DNA of 64,000 nt. Origin: Owenia fusiformis. Its lineage: Eukaryota. The DNA lies in the NCBI GenBank assembly GCA_903813345.2, contig CAIIXF020000001.1, positions 34,906,001 through 34,970,000 on the forward strand. Reading direction: 5' to 3'. The number at the start of each line of letters is the position of its first letter. Position 1 is the stretch's first letter. A program made the position numbers and the translations under genes. Under the pieces are notes generated by a model, which was not told where the DNA came from, did not search any database, and was given only the letters and a program-made list of their open reading frames with translations. Positions 40,864 to 52,199 of the stretch are shown here, piece by piece.

Positions 40864-43322
40864 ATGGGTGTGATGAGGTGAAGTGCCCACACTGTGAGAG
40901 AGTCCTAGATGATCCAATACTCCTCAAGTCACATATTGTGTCTGCCCACCCTGACCAGACTCCCGTGTTTGTCTGTCCTCGTTGTAACGCCCAATTCCTC
41001 CTGAAGTCACAGCTAGAGAAACATAATCTCTACCACTCCCCGACTGTCCAAATATGTAAAATCTGCAACAAGTCATTCGCCAATGTGTATCGTCTTCAGC
41101 GCCATATGATCTGTCACGAAGAAAGTAACGAGCTCCGTAAGTTCAAATGTTTGGAATGTGGAAAGGCCTTCAAGTTCAAGCACCACCTTAAAGAACATGT
41201 TCGCATTCACAGCGGAGAGAAACCTTTTCAGTGTAATAATTGCGGGAAACGCTTCAGTCATTCTGGGTCTTACAGTAGTCACATGACTTCTAAGAAGTGC
41301 TGGGTGGTGGGACCCAGAGCTAGAGGGAGAACCCCAGAGGGATCCCCAGCCAAGGAGATCTCCGCTAATTCTCCATCTCCAGCTAGAATTCCGAGCACAA
41401 CTAGCTTCATGACTCCTACTTCCGGCTTCATGTCATCACCGACCGCCTCAACGCCATTTCTTCCATTCTTACCCAGGCCATTCCCACCAATAGGTGGCAG
41501 TCTTCCATACATGCCATTCAGTAACTTCACAGGTGGTCTCCTGAACCCCATGCACCCCATCAACACCATAAGTCCAGGTTTCATCCAGAAGATGACAGCT
41601 GCCTATAGCTTGGCTAGTATGGGGGTAGGAGGTACCCAGGTATCTCCCATTGCTGGACAGCTCCCCTCCATGCAGAGGATGATGTCTCCTGGTAGAGCCA
41701 ACACTCCCCACACTCCTCAATCTCCAAGCAGTGCACAGTTCAACAACCCTGCAGCTTCCCCCAGAACAGATGAGGGACACAGCACTGATAATGCATCCAA
41801 TGTTAACCATAGCACACCTACAGAGAAGTACAATAACCAGTCTTCCACAGAGAACCCACAGTCTTCCACAGAGAACAAACAGTCTTCCATAGATGCCAAA
41901 TCTAAAGAGACAAACGAGACTTCCAGTGACAACAATATCACTAGTCCTTCCAAAGATAAACCCAGTGATAGTGCAGACAGCAACAAGGAGAATGATGCTG
42001 ACAGTGATGAGTACCATAAAGATGAATCCAAGAACAGTGCAGATAGCTACAGTGCTGTTAAGAAAGTCCTTGAAACAGTCCACGCTACGGTGTCTAATCA
42101 ACAACAGACCGGGGAAGATAAATCTGCCATCAGTCGTCTGGGAAAAGCTGATGGCCAACTGAACACAAAAGAAGATTTAGTTCAGAGAATACATGAGAGA
42201 GTAGAGGAAATCAGTCGTGTGAATGCCAGCCAAGACCAGAAGTGCCGCCATTGTTGTGATACATTCTCCAACCCTATTGAGCTACATCAACATGAGCGCT
42301 ATCTATGTAAACTAAATAGAGACATCTATGGTGTGTCCGATGGAGTCGACTCACCCACAGGGGCAGCCTCTCCCAGTGTTCACAGCATGGACACCGACAG
42401 ATCAAACATTGACACTGATGATGAATGCAGTGACGCAATGGAGCCAGATGAACTTGATAAGGATGGGAGATCAAGATTTAGATCACGTTCAATGATTAAT
42501 GACCATCAGCTAGAGATTCTGAAATCTCACTACAAGATTAATCCCAGGCCACGAAAGTTTGAGTTGATTCGTATTGGGAATGAGATCAACTTCCCTAAGA
42601 GGGTTGTACAAGTGTGGTTCCAGAATATGAGAGCTAGAGACAGAAAGAAGGGCAAAGATGTACCATATTTCCCAACAATGGCACGTTTTAAGAATAGGGA
42701 CCAACCTCCAAGCAACACTCCCCCAAGGGCTACTTCAGATGGTAAATCTGCACCTTACATTCCTATTGTTCCCCGACCATTCAGTAACATGTCAGTGTAC
42801 ACAAGCCAGCCTACACCTACACCAGGGGTGCTTCCCACATACTACCACTCCCCTGCAGGTCCTGTGTCCTCACAAGAAGAACCCCTTGACCTGTCAATTA
42901 ACAAGAGCAGCTCTTCCCCTGATAATACCCCAAGGCCTAGTCCCACTCACTCCCATGAAGATACAAGTAGCCCCCTGAATCTCAGCATTAAGAGATCATC
43001 AAGTGACCGCCCTATGGAAAACTCCAACATCTACCGATATATGCATCAAGAAGGTCTTATATCTCCTCGCTCCTTCAACATGGCAAAGCTGAGTGGCTAC
43101 CCTCATATAGACAACAATGGTAACCTATGCTCCAAGATGAACCTCCTCCAGGAAGACCTACAGAGGTCCTCTACTCCCGGAAGCTCTATCTCATCACGCT
43201 GCAGCTCAAAGGATGACAGTGTCCTCAACTGCAGCTTTGGGTCGTCCATCTCCAACAGTCTCATTGACTTCCACATGAGTGCAGAGGCCAATAGACGCAA
43301 CAGAAAGAAAACATGGAAACAG
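40864..43322 (+). CDS. zfh1: ZEB/Zfh1 large central exon: five N-terminal zinc fingers, central zinc finger, homeodomain, CtBP-binding motifs
   Basis: Lies within ORF 40851-43340. Acceptor ttgttatag| at 40863 and donor CAG|gtaaat at 43323. Contains NKSFANVYRLQRHM, FKCLECGKAFKFKHHLKEHVRIHSGEKPF, SHSGSYSSHMTSKKC, the homeodomain, EEPLDLS and SPLNLS. Confidence 0.97.
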
Positions 43323-44747
43323 GTAAATGTTCTGTTTTAACATCACTTAAAGGGTGACGCATATCGTTTAGCAAATCAAATGCTCATTTCTGGTGTTGCT
43401 CACCGTTAAGTATAAAAGGCCCGATCCCGGAATAATACTCAAGGGTTCACAGGCTCGAGGTCGTTGTGTCAACACCTCTAACTGTTCTATAACATAAGTA
43501 TATTATAGATTGTCACACATTTATAAAAGGGAGGTTTTTATTTTGACAAATCAATTGCACATTTATGAGTGAAGTTTCAGGATCTTCTATTTGAGTTATA
43601 ATAAAGAAAAATTGACATCTTTCCCCCCATAACGTAATAAGCTTAGTACACAGCTTGGCATATGAAATATCCTCCAAATGAAACAAAGCAGTTCTAATAC
43701 AAGAATTTAGATTGGCTTTGTACATGCATTCTTTGAACAATCACTCTCTGAATAATGTTTTCAGAAAAATTATAAACGGATTATTTTATCTCCAAGAAAA
43801 TTTCAATAAACTCGATTTTACAAAACTCCTTATTTCTTCAAAATGGACTGATCCAGTTGACTCACCTGGAGCCGCCATATTGTTTTTACACGGGAAGCTT
43901 ATCAGAACCCTTAAAGCCATACAAAAATTTACATAATTGAAATAAGTGTTATGTTTAATCAGGAATAATCTTTCAAAGGTTTTATTCACTGTTACATTGA
44001 CTAGACCATTCATTGCATGGTATTTCCTTTTATTTTAACTTTACCATCTGCTTAATTTACCAATTCAGTAATAGGATTCAAACTTTATCAGTTAAAAATG
44101 AACATTCCTAAAATAAACACCGAGTTGATTGATTTTTATAATTGTGGTTGACAAATTGTGATTATTATTGGAAAATGATATATTTATCATTGGCGAAGGT
44201 AATTATTCAAAAGGTAATTACAACTATAGGTAATTACGATTTCTATTATTCTCTCAGTGTTGAAAATTTATGATGAACTCTATAGTAATTTCTCCATTGG
44301 GAGTTGGTTACCGTGGTAATAGAGATATGCTTGTTTTATTATAACGGGATAAAATGTGCGCTGAATCTTTATAGCTTCAATTAACTGTATGAGAATATTC
44401 ATCTCATCCCTACAGTTATCCTCCTAGATTGTCTTCATTGACAGTATTGAGTCATACTTTTTATGATTGCCAATTTTTACTAAACTCAGCATTTTATTGA
44501 TAAAACATTTTGTTTTAGTGCTATTTGATTGCAATGTCATGTTTTTAGTATTAACATCATGAACTCTACAAAGTCCTAGACTTTATTCTCATTTTTTTCT
44601 AATTGTTATCTGAGCTGGGCTATTTGTACCAATGTCAATGTACAAGACTGTAGAACAAAGAATCATAAGAATGTTGTATGGGCCATAAAGAATAATCTGA
44701 AAGTGAAAATATTTCTTCCGTTAATCCTAAATTATTTCTAATCTCAG

Positions 44748-44955
44748 ATGGAGGCTGAACAAATGCATTTGACTGATGATACAGATGACAACTTGATCGT
44801 TGATGAGGAGGGTAACTTTGTGCCCCGTAAGAAGCGCAAGTCGTGGAAACAACACAAGATTGACATAGAAGAGCAGGGGATGTATGCTTGTGACCAGTGC
44901 GAGAAGATGTTCAACAAGCAAAGCTCTCTGGCAAGGCATAAATATGAGCATTCTG
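44748..44955 (+). CDS. zfh1: ZEB/Zfh1 exon with the first C-terminal zinc finger ([26 protein letters not shown])
   Basis: Acceptor atctcag| at 44747 and donor TCTG|gtaagt at 44956; phase 0-1. Classic ZEB C-terminal finger sequence. Confidence 0.96.
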
Positions 44956-45176
44956 GTAAGTCAATGTAGGAGTTTTGTGTTAATAGATATGTTTTTAAAT
45001 GCAAGTGTAACCTGAGAGGAATATATTATACTGAATCAATGTTTAACATGTGTAATTTTAACCAAGAGAGATAATTTTTTCTCTAATGTTGAATTTGTTT
45101 TGTTCCATTTTATCCTTTCTATTTTTGAATGTTTTTTAAGCTTTAAAACATTTCATCTCTTTTGTTTAATTTCTAG

Positions 45177-45385
45177 GAGCCCGTCCGTTTCCCTGCGATA
45201 TCTGCCCAAAGGCATTCAAACATAAGCACCATCTAGTGGAACACAAGAGACTTCACTCTGGCGAAAAACCATTCGTATGTCGTAAATGTGGGAAACGCTT
45301 TAGTCACTCTGGCTCTTTCAGTCAACATATGAACCATCGATATAAATACTGCAAACCACTTATCAATGGGAATGACACAGACTGA
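45177..45385 (+). CDS. zfh1: ZEB/Zfh1 last coding exon ([68 protein letters not shown])
   Basis: Acceptor tttctag| at 45176 and TGA at 45383-45385. Translated by hand because it is absent from the ORF track; encodes two C2H2 fingers. Confidence 0.96.
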
Positions 45386-46546
45386 ACCGTACACAGCTGC
45401 CATCTTTTAAACATTCAAAACTTCATTCCGACATAGAAAATTACATTTTGAATTACATGATCCAGATATTCCAGTGTCCAGTTTTGCAAAACACAATGTA
45501 CCATTCCATAGAATAATGGTATGAAACATTCCACAGATAGAAACTATTTTTGCAAAGAGAATTTCCATAATATGTGTGTTGATATATATGTATATAGCAA
45601 GCTGCATAGAGGGAGCCAGAATCAAGAGTTGCCATGACAACAATCTGTAGGGAAGTAGTTTAAATGTGACATCATATCCTGCACAGCTGTTTTATATTGC
45701 ACAGCTTGTTTGATATGTAACTAAGCTGAGTATAATGTATAGCTTCAGTATTATAAGTCATTTAAATTGACTGAAATTATTTTTTGTGTTGTAAATATTT
45801 ACAAAAAATCTCAGTTTATATATTTACTTTATAAACTTTACCATATTAGTACCCATGAATACTCATTTATTTAGTTCAGTATTCAAGTACATGTACAGTG
45901 TACGTTATAATGCATGACATTTTAAACAATATCGGCTGAGTCCAATATTCTTGCCTTTGTGTTAAAGATAACCCATGACGCATGGGAAATATAGACCTTG
46001 TTTTATAGTGTACATAGGATTTCAATATGAAATGAGGCCTGCTAGAAAATGTGCCTCAAATAAGTCAATCGCATCATCTTCAGTATTTCATGTTGTGTTA
46101 TCTATCACCAGTGACCTTGTAACAAAAAAATAACCTGAAATTCAGTTTCCAATTGTTCCCATTTAGAAGATCTGTTTTCAGTTTCTTCATAAATTGATCA
46201 CATACAGAAATATTAGCTAATTTCGATTGATTGTTTTGAGATAATATTTTTAGTGGTCTGTTTTTTATATGAAATTTATTATTAGTTGTTTATATCTAGT
46301 CTTAGAGGGAAACAGTGATGCCAATGTGCCAAATTATGTACAGAATGATTGTTTCATGATATTATTATGTATATTGCATAGAATGGCAATACTATATGCA
46401 TTGTTAAATGTATTGCAATAGCTTCATTTGTTGATACAAAGCTGTGTTCTTTGCTTGCAAGCTAATGTGCAATTTATTTATGCACACAGTGTAATTTTAA
46501 CTTGTCATGTGTTCTCAAAGGTCCATGTGCAGTATGGCAAGTAATT

Positions 46547-47079
46547 TTAGACAGTCATATGTTTCACCATGAGTACTTTCTTGGTCTAAATACAGTGGTT
46601 TTTATTAAAACAATATGTTTTCTTTTAAGTGAAGTCACCGGCCCGTGATACTAAAATATAAATCCAACGCTCTGAAAAATTATGGATTAGGACGCCACTT
46701 TGTCACTTTTAAAAAAAACACATTTCCCATGCTATTTTCCCTTAGGGAAAACTCATGCTATCCATTGTTTTCAGCATGATTTTGGTCATCGAAAATTGAT
46801 ATCTTCAAAACTAGACTTTCAATACCATTCTACTCTTGAAGATGTTTTAGACCCCTTGTTGAATAATCTTTTCATGCAATAAAAATCAGAAAAAGAAGAT
46901 CCTCTTTTGAGCAAATAAGTTCAACATTTTGAAAAAATTGTTGATGTGGGGTCCCTATTTATAATTTTTCAAATTGTTCGATTGATATTTTTATCATCAT
47001 GGGAAAAACAACTTGTTTTAATAAAAACCACTGTATTAATGCCTAGAAAGTACTCATGGTGAAAGATATGACCATCTAA
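46547..47079. mobile_element. MITE / fold-back element within the ZEB 3'UTR
   Basis: ~80-bp strong inverted repeat (tttcaccatgagtactttc...tacagtggtttttattaaaacaa versus ttgttttaataaaaaccactgta...gaaagtactcatggtgaaa), extending degenerately to ~170 bp. Confidence 0.8.
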
Positions 47080-47118
47080 GATCATTTGCTATACTGCACA
47101 TGGACCGTTATATTTAAA

Positions 47119-47658
47119 GAATATGTATTCAGATTTCAAGTCTTCCAGAGTAATGAACTTGTTTACATTTTCATGTCTTCCAGTAAAATATGTGTATTTT
47201 TGAATCTTCCTGAATATGTTTTGAGAATTTAGTTTTTTGAGAATACCTGAATACTGGTATACATTCTTCTTAAATATGTATTCAGATTTCAAGTCTTCCA
47301 GAAAATGTATTCAGATTTTAAGCCTTCCAGAATATGTATTCAGGTTTCAAGTCTTCCAGAAAATGTATTCAGATTTCAAGTCTTCCAGAAAATGTATTCA
47401 GATTTCAAGTCTTCCAGAATATGTATTCAGATTTCAAGTCTCCCAGAATTTGTATTCAGATTTCAGAAAATGTATTCAGATTTCAAGTCTTCCAGAATAT
47501 GTATTCAGATTTCAAGTCTCCCAGAATATGTATTCAGATTTTCAGTCTTCCAGAAATGTATTCAGATTTCAAGTCTTCCAGAATATGTATTCAGATTTCA
47601 AGTCTCCCAGAAAATGTATTCAGATTTCAAGTCTTCCAAAACATGTATTCAGATTTTA
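47119..47658. repeat. 29-bp minisatellite (AATATGTATTCAGATTTCAAGTCTTCCAG), ~14 copies at 47272-47658 plus degenerate upstream copies
   Basis: TGTATTCA recurs at 47277, 47306, 47335, 47364, 47393, 47422, 47451, 47471, 47500, 47529, 47557, 47586, 47615 and 47644, with no spacers. Confidence 0.95.
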
Positions 47659-50249
47659 TTTTATTCAGCAGTAATATTACATACATTTAATACAATATTC
47701 GAACAGCTTGATATCCTTTCAAGTCTTGATTCCAAGTGCCAATTCATACTTTTCATATAGACTTCAGATAGAAATGTCTTCCATTGTGTCAAAATTTTGC
47801 TTCAAAAGGTGCTAAATACTGGTATGTTTACATTTTAATGATAGATAACATTTTGGATGAGGAATCTAGTCTCCAAAAAAACAGTAATGTGTACCTAGTC
47901 TCCGCAGTAACAATTGTTGTACCTCGTGTTCAGTAATGAAATAAGTCTTCAATACCTCAGTCAATCCTTGAATCATTTTAGAATCTTCAGATAAAGTAGA
48001 TTATGAATCTCCCAGATTTGAAATGCAAATATCTTAGGTAAATATATATATTCACCCTACCTCAATGTAAAGTCATGGCAGAAGTTCAATACACAAATTG
48101 AACTATCTAGTAAATGCAACTGATGAAAATCTGGATTTAACTCCCAATAAGGGATTAATAGGTGCCAAAACTCACGCAACAACCACAATATGTTTTAAAA
48201 ATATAATCAAGGCTAAACGTTCAATTTGTTTTTTTATGGATAAGTTCAATAATATATCCATATAATATATTCATGTTCCAGCCGTGCCAAATTAACACAC
48301 AGGCTTAAGATGGTTATGTTTTTTACCTTCTTATTGTCCTCGTTTAATATAAACCATTTTATTTGTGTTGTAAAACAATTAATATATTCAATTTATTGTT
48401 TTAATATATGTCAGTTTAATGCAAGAAATTTTGAAATTGACTTGCATCAAGACCCATCCCCTCTATTCCTTTTACCATGAACCTGATAGGGCTCTATAGG
48501 AAATTGGGGATACATACAAAGGCTTGATGCAAGACTAGAGTGTGTATACTCATAGTGTTTCTAAATAGCCTCCTGTTAACCATCATATCTGAGAGAGAAG
48601 ATGTGACAGACTATGGTTACAGTTACACAGTAGTTCAATGGTATTGTTACAAAGCATGTTAACAAAAAAGCTTCATAATTAAAGATTTTTTAAGAGTAAC
48701 ACGTCACAAACTCCTTTGCAGCAAACCTTTTTGTCAAAATGCTTTATAACTAAGCAATTCAATAAACTCTGCCTTTAACATTTACTTATGATGAGATGTT
48801 TCTAAATAAATCTAGTAACTATTGTATTTACTGTATTTTGGTATATCTGTTAAGTGTGGAAAAAGAATCCAGTTATAATAGTCTTCAGTTGCTTCCTGCA
48901 CTGCCATGTACATAGCTTTATGTAGTAACCATAGTAACTGTACCTATGTAATCATTATTAGTACATAGAAACAACAGGCGACCATAAGGGACAAAAGTGT
49001 GCAAATATTTTCTTTTTTCATTGTTTATCCTTGTGTAATCATTGGTATGTATTTGGATGCTTCCGTATTAGACTTAATATTTTATATACATCTATATCTG
49101 CCTCATAGTTTAAATAATGTTACTATAGAAACAGTTCTGTTGTCATAGTTACAGTTAGTTTCTATAGCAACCATACTATTTTGTATTGGTCCACAGCAGA
49201 GAATTGTGCACTAGGAGTGTACAGATCACGTGTAAGCTATGCAATGTATTTGACGTAGGAAAGTTTCCAATTGTATTTCTATTTTCGCTTATTGCACCAT
49301 ATTAAGCCCAACCATATAGTAAACCAGAGTTAACATGTATTTTAAGGTATATTATGTTTAGGGTGATTGCAAAAACAGCTTAGTTTGTATGGAGTATTTC
49401 TAATATATGTAACAATTATCCAATGCCCAGTGTGGTCACATCTTACAGTGTATATATTATAATAGTGGTATAAAATATAATGTAGACATTTTATTTTGAC
49501 TTTTAGTGTACATATATTATATAAGCAAAATCTCATGAATATGCATAATATAACTATTGGTATTGACAAACAACAATGAAGAGATTCTTGAGAATATCCT
49601 TTATATGTTGTATATCAATAGCAGTAGGGAAAACGACAAAATCCATGTCTTCCAATATGTAACCAGTTGCTATGGCAACAGTGGTTGCTATGTATGATTT
49701 TTTTGTATATTATGCATGCATCTCTCAGCACAATCATTATTTCAAACTTATTTTGATACACGTATCCTTTATTTGGATATACATTTTGGTAGGATATAAC
49801 ATGTAGAAGTTAAACATAATTCATTTTGAGTGAATGCTCAGATGAAAATGACTGATTTAGAAGGTGCAATAAAACGTGACATGTAGATAGAAAATAGGGT
49901 CTTTAGCCAAATAAGGCATCGTTTACCAACTCAGTATTTTCAATTGTGCATGTTGTGAAATAGTTCATAAAAATTGTATCTTAATTATGTGATTTGAAAT
50001 GTTTAAAAAAATATAAATGTTGTTTGTATAAGTATATTATACTAGCATATGAGTGTAATCTGGTATTAATTCTGAATATTATTTCTCACAATGTAAGTAT
50101 ATCAAATATAAAGGGAGACTGTCTTACCAATGTGGTTATAAAGCACTTATATTTGCTCTTCTCTCTACAAAGATTAATATTGTCTGTTCTATCATACCAA
50201 CAGAATAACTGTTGCCATGGCAAAAGTAAAACTTTAAACATGGTGATTC

Positions 50250-50420
50250 AATAAAGCAATAAAAATGCATAGAGATACATGTACTTACATTGTTAAATAC
50301 ATGGATAAATAATTCAAATGAACTCTTGTCTCCGACAATTTCTGTATATAAATATTGAATTAAAATAAAGATGTACATTTATGTAAACCTTAAGATTTGT
50401 TGTCTGTTATTTGTTGGTTT
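50250..50420 (+). terminator. Candidate polyadenylation region of ZEB/Zfh1
   Basis: AATAAA at 50250 and 50258, overlapping ATTAAA/AATAAA at 50359-50369, upstream TGTA motifs, and downstream ttgttgtctgttatttgttggttt. Confidence 0.5.
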
Positions 50421-51666
50421 TACTATCACCCAGCCAAGGACTAACGTAGAGAATTAGAGTATTCTTCCCATATACAAGTATTTCAATGAGCTTTTAAAAT
50501 CTGAGAAAAATAAGAGAAAAGACAAATAGCTTCAATGACAGTAGAAATAAATGATAGACAGGGGGCAATGCCAATGCAGCAGCCTGACAGTCGCTTCTAG
50601 GTATCTAAGTACACCAATCTTGGAGAAGGTGTGTCAGCAATAGATGAATTGAAAGCACAGATTCCGTTTTAACTCTTGGCATTGTGGTTGGGTTTAAATT
50701 GTATTTTATTTAGATTACTGTAAAACTAATCCATCAAACAGTTAATATTTGAAGAGACCCAAGGATTCAACACAACAATAAAGATACTTTTTCAAATTAG
50801 ATAGTAAAGACATCTTTCAGCCATGAAGCAAAGTCATTTCATTCAGTTTGAGTGATCAGCACTGTAATTATTGGTTATGCAATTCGTATTTTTTATTGTA
50901 CCGTATATGCATATGTGATGGCATCTATTGAAAAATCACATTTTAGAAATACCTATAGAAATATATAGAAATTTGCCCTTTCCATTTTCTCATGGATTTC
51001 ATTGGTTTTGATAATGAAAACAAAATAGCCCCTTGATGTGGTTGCTATGCAATAAACCCACCATTTATCATTTAAGTTTAAAGAACAGTTCAAAGTGTTT
51101 TGTACTGAAAAAGAAAATGAGTGGGGAGCTTATCATTCCATTCTTCGTTTAAAATATCAGGTTTTAAAAATGAGGGGCTGTTCACACCTGCATCAAAACT
51201 ACATGAGCACATCATTTTAGGGGGAATGCTTGACTTAATCCACTGCATTCAACTCCCTGTTCTACCTCTAGGGAGCATGTGTGGTGTCATTAGGTTGCAA
51301 AATTTAGAACCCCACATGGGAAACAGACAACAGGCCTGCATTAATTGTGCTTATTTGTTATATGCTGAAATGAAAATTCATATTGATATATGTATATGTT
51401 GAGACATCTATGAAAAGAAAACCCAGGCAGCAGAACCATTTTTTCAGTTTGAATAATCCACAGCCTCCCTGCACTGTTATTCCTGGCTGAAGGACCAGTA
51501 ATGACCCTCAATACCAAGTCGCAACTACAGTCTCCAGTCTTGTGAGTGGAGGGCCCTGTGTAAAGTGTTTGATTCCTGCATGGGGCATTGAATTTAGCAC
51601 ACTCCATGCCAGGTCTAGTGTCTTGTTTGTTACACTACATCCCCCCAAGATGAATGAGCCCAGGGT

Positions 51667-51960
51667 CAGTGGCGTAGCGTGGGTATTTTTGAGTGTACGC
51701 CACGAGGGAGCGAAGCGAACGATCTTTGAGGGGGGTTCGGGGGTGGGTCCTCCCCCAAGAAAATTTGAAAATAAGATTGCAGTTGAAGCGTTCTGGGGCG
51801 TTTTAAAATACGAAATTCCGACGAAATGGACTAATGACATTTAAATTATTGGTCATTTTATCCATTTTTAAAGTGTGAGGCAATTCAATCTAAAAATCAA
51901 CTTTTCTCTAAATTTTGAGAGTACCATGGCGTTTTATGCGTATATGACGCTACGCCATTG
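51667..51960. mobile_element. MITE with 14-bp TIRs and a 5-bp TSD
   Basis: AGGGT|CAGTGGCGTAGCGT...ACGCTACGCCATTG|AGGGT. Confidence 0.85.
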
Positions 51961-52199
51961 AGGGTCATAACAAACCTGTGGATTGTGTAAAGATCAACAT
52001 TGTGTTTATTGATGCGGGCCCCCATTGATTGTGCTCAATTGTGTTTTCTCTGGATTCATATTTCAAATTGAGTATATAGAAGCATTTACAAAATACATAC
52101 TAGAAAACTCATCGAGCAGAAACATTTTGAATAATTAGGGAACCAGCTTTTGGTTGTGCCAAATATATTGTGTTTTCTCAGGATTATACATATATTTTT

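Larger units (their letters stand above)
34878..45385 (+). other. zfh1: ZEB/Zfh1 zinc finger E-box-binding homeobox gene, span of visible coding exons (~1120 aa; 5'-most exon probably outside the window)
   Basis: Exons join in frame through GT-AG introns (phases 1,1,0,1). The protein has an N-terminal C2H2 cluster, a central zinc finger, a homeodomain (VVQVWFQNMRARDRK), PLDLS/PLNLS CtBP motifs and a C-terminal three-finger cluster ending [16 protein letters not shown], which is the diagnostic ZEB/Zfh1 architecture. Confidence 0.96.
45386..50390 (+). other. Probable ~5-kb ZEB/Zfh1 3'UTR
   Basis: AU-rich sequence with many UGUA elements. It ends at AATAAA signals (50250, 50258, 50364) followed by a GT/T-rich tract at ~50396-50420. 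The end point is inferred. Confidence 0.55.

Noticed and set aside
41073..43300. Several antisense and alternative-frame ORFs (up to 229 aa)
   Set aside because: They are shadows of the GC-richer ZEB exon, with no domain features.
43347..43914. Possible TTAA-flanked (Kolobok/piggyBac-like) element in a ZEB intron
   Set aside because: The terminal inverted match is only ~6 bp.
47237..47760. Three long overlapping ORFs and a CRISPR-like periodicity
   Set aside because: These are artefacts of a 29-bp head-to-tail minisatellite; there are no unique spacers or cas genes and the context is eukaryotic.
51508..51844. 100-110 aa ORFs on both strands
   Set aside because: They run through a GC-rich MITE and show no transposase motifs.
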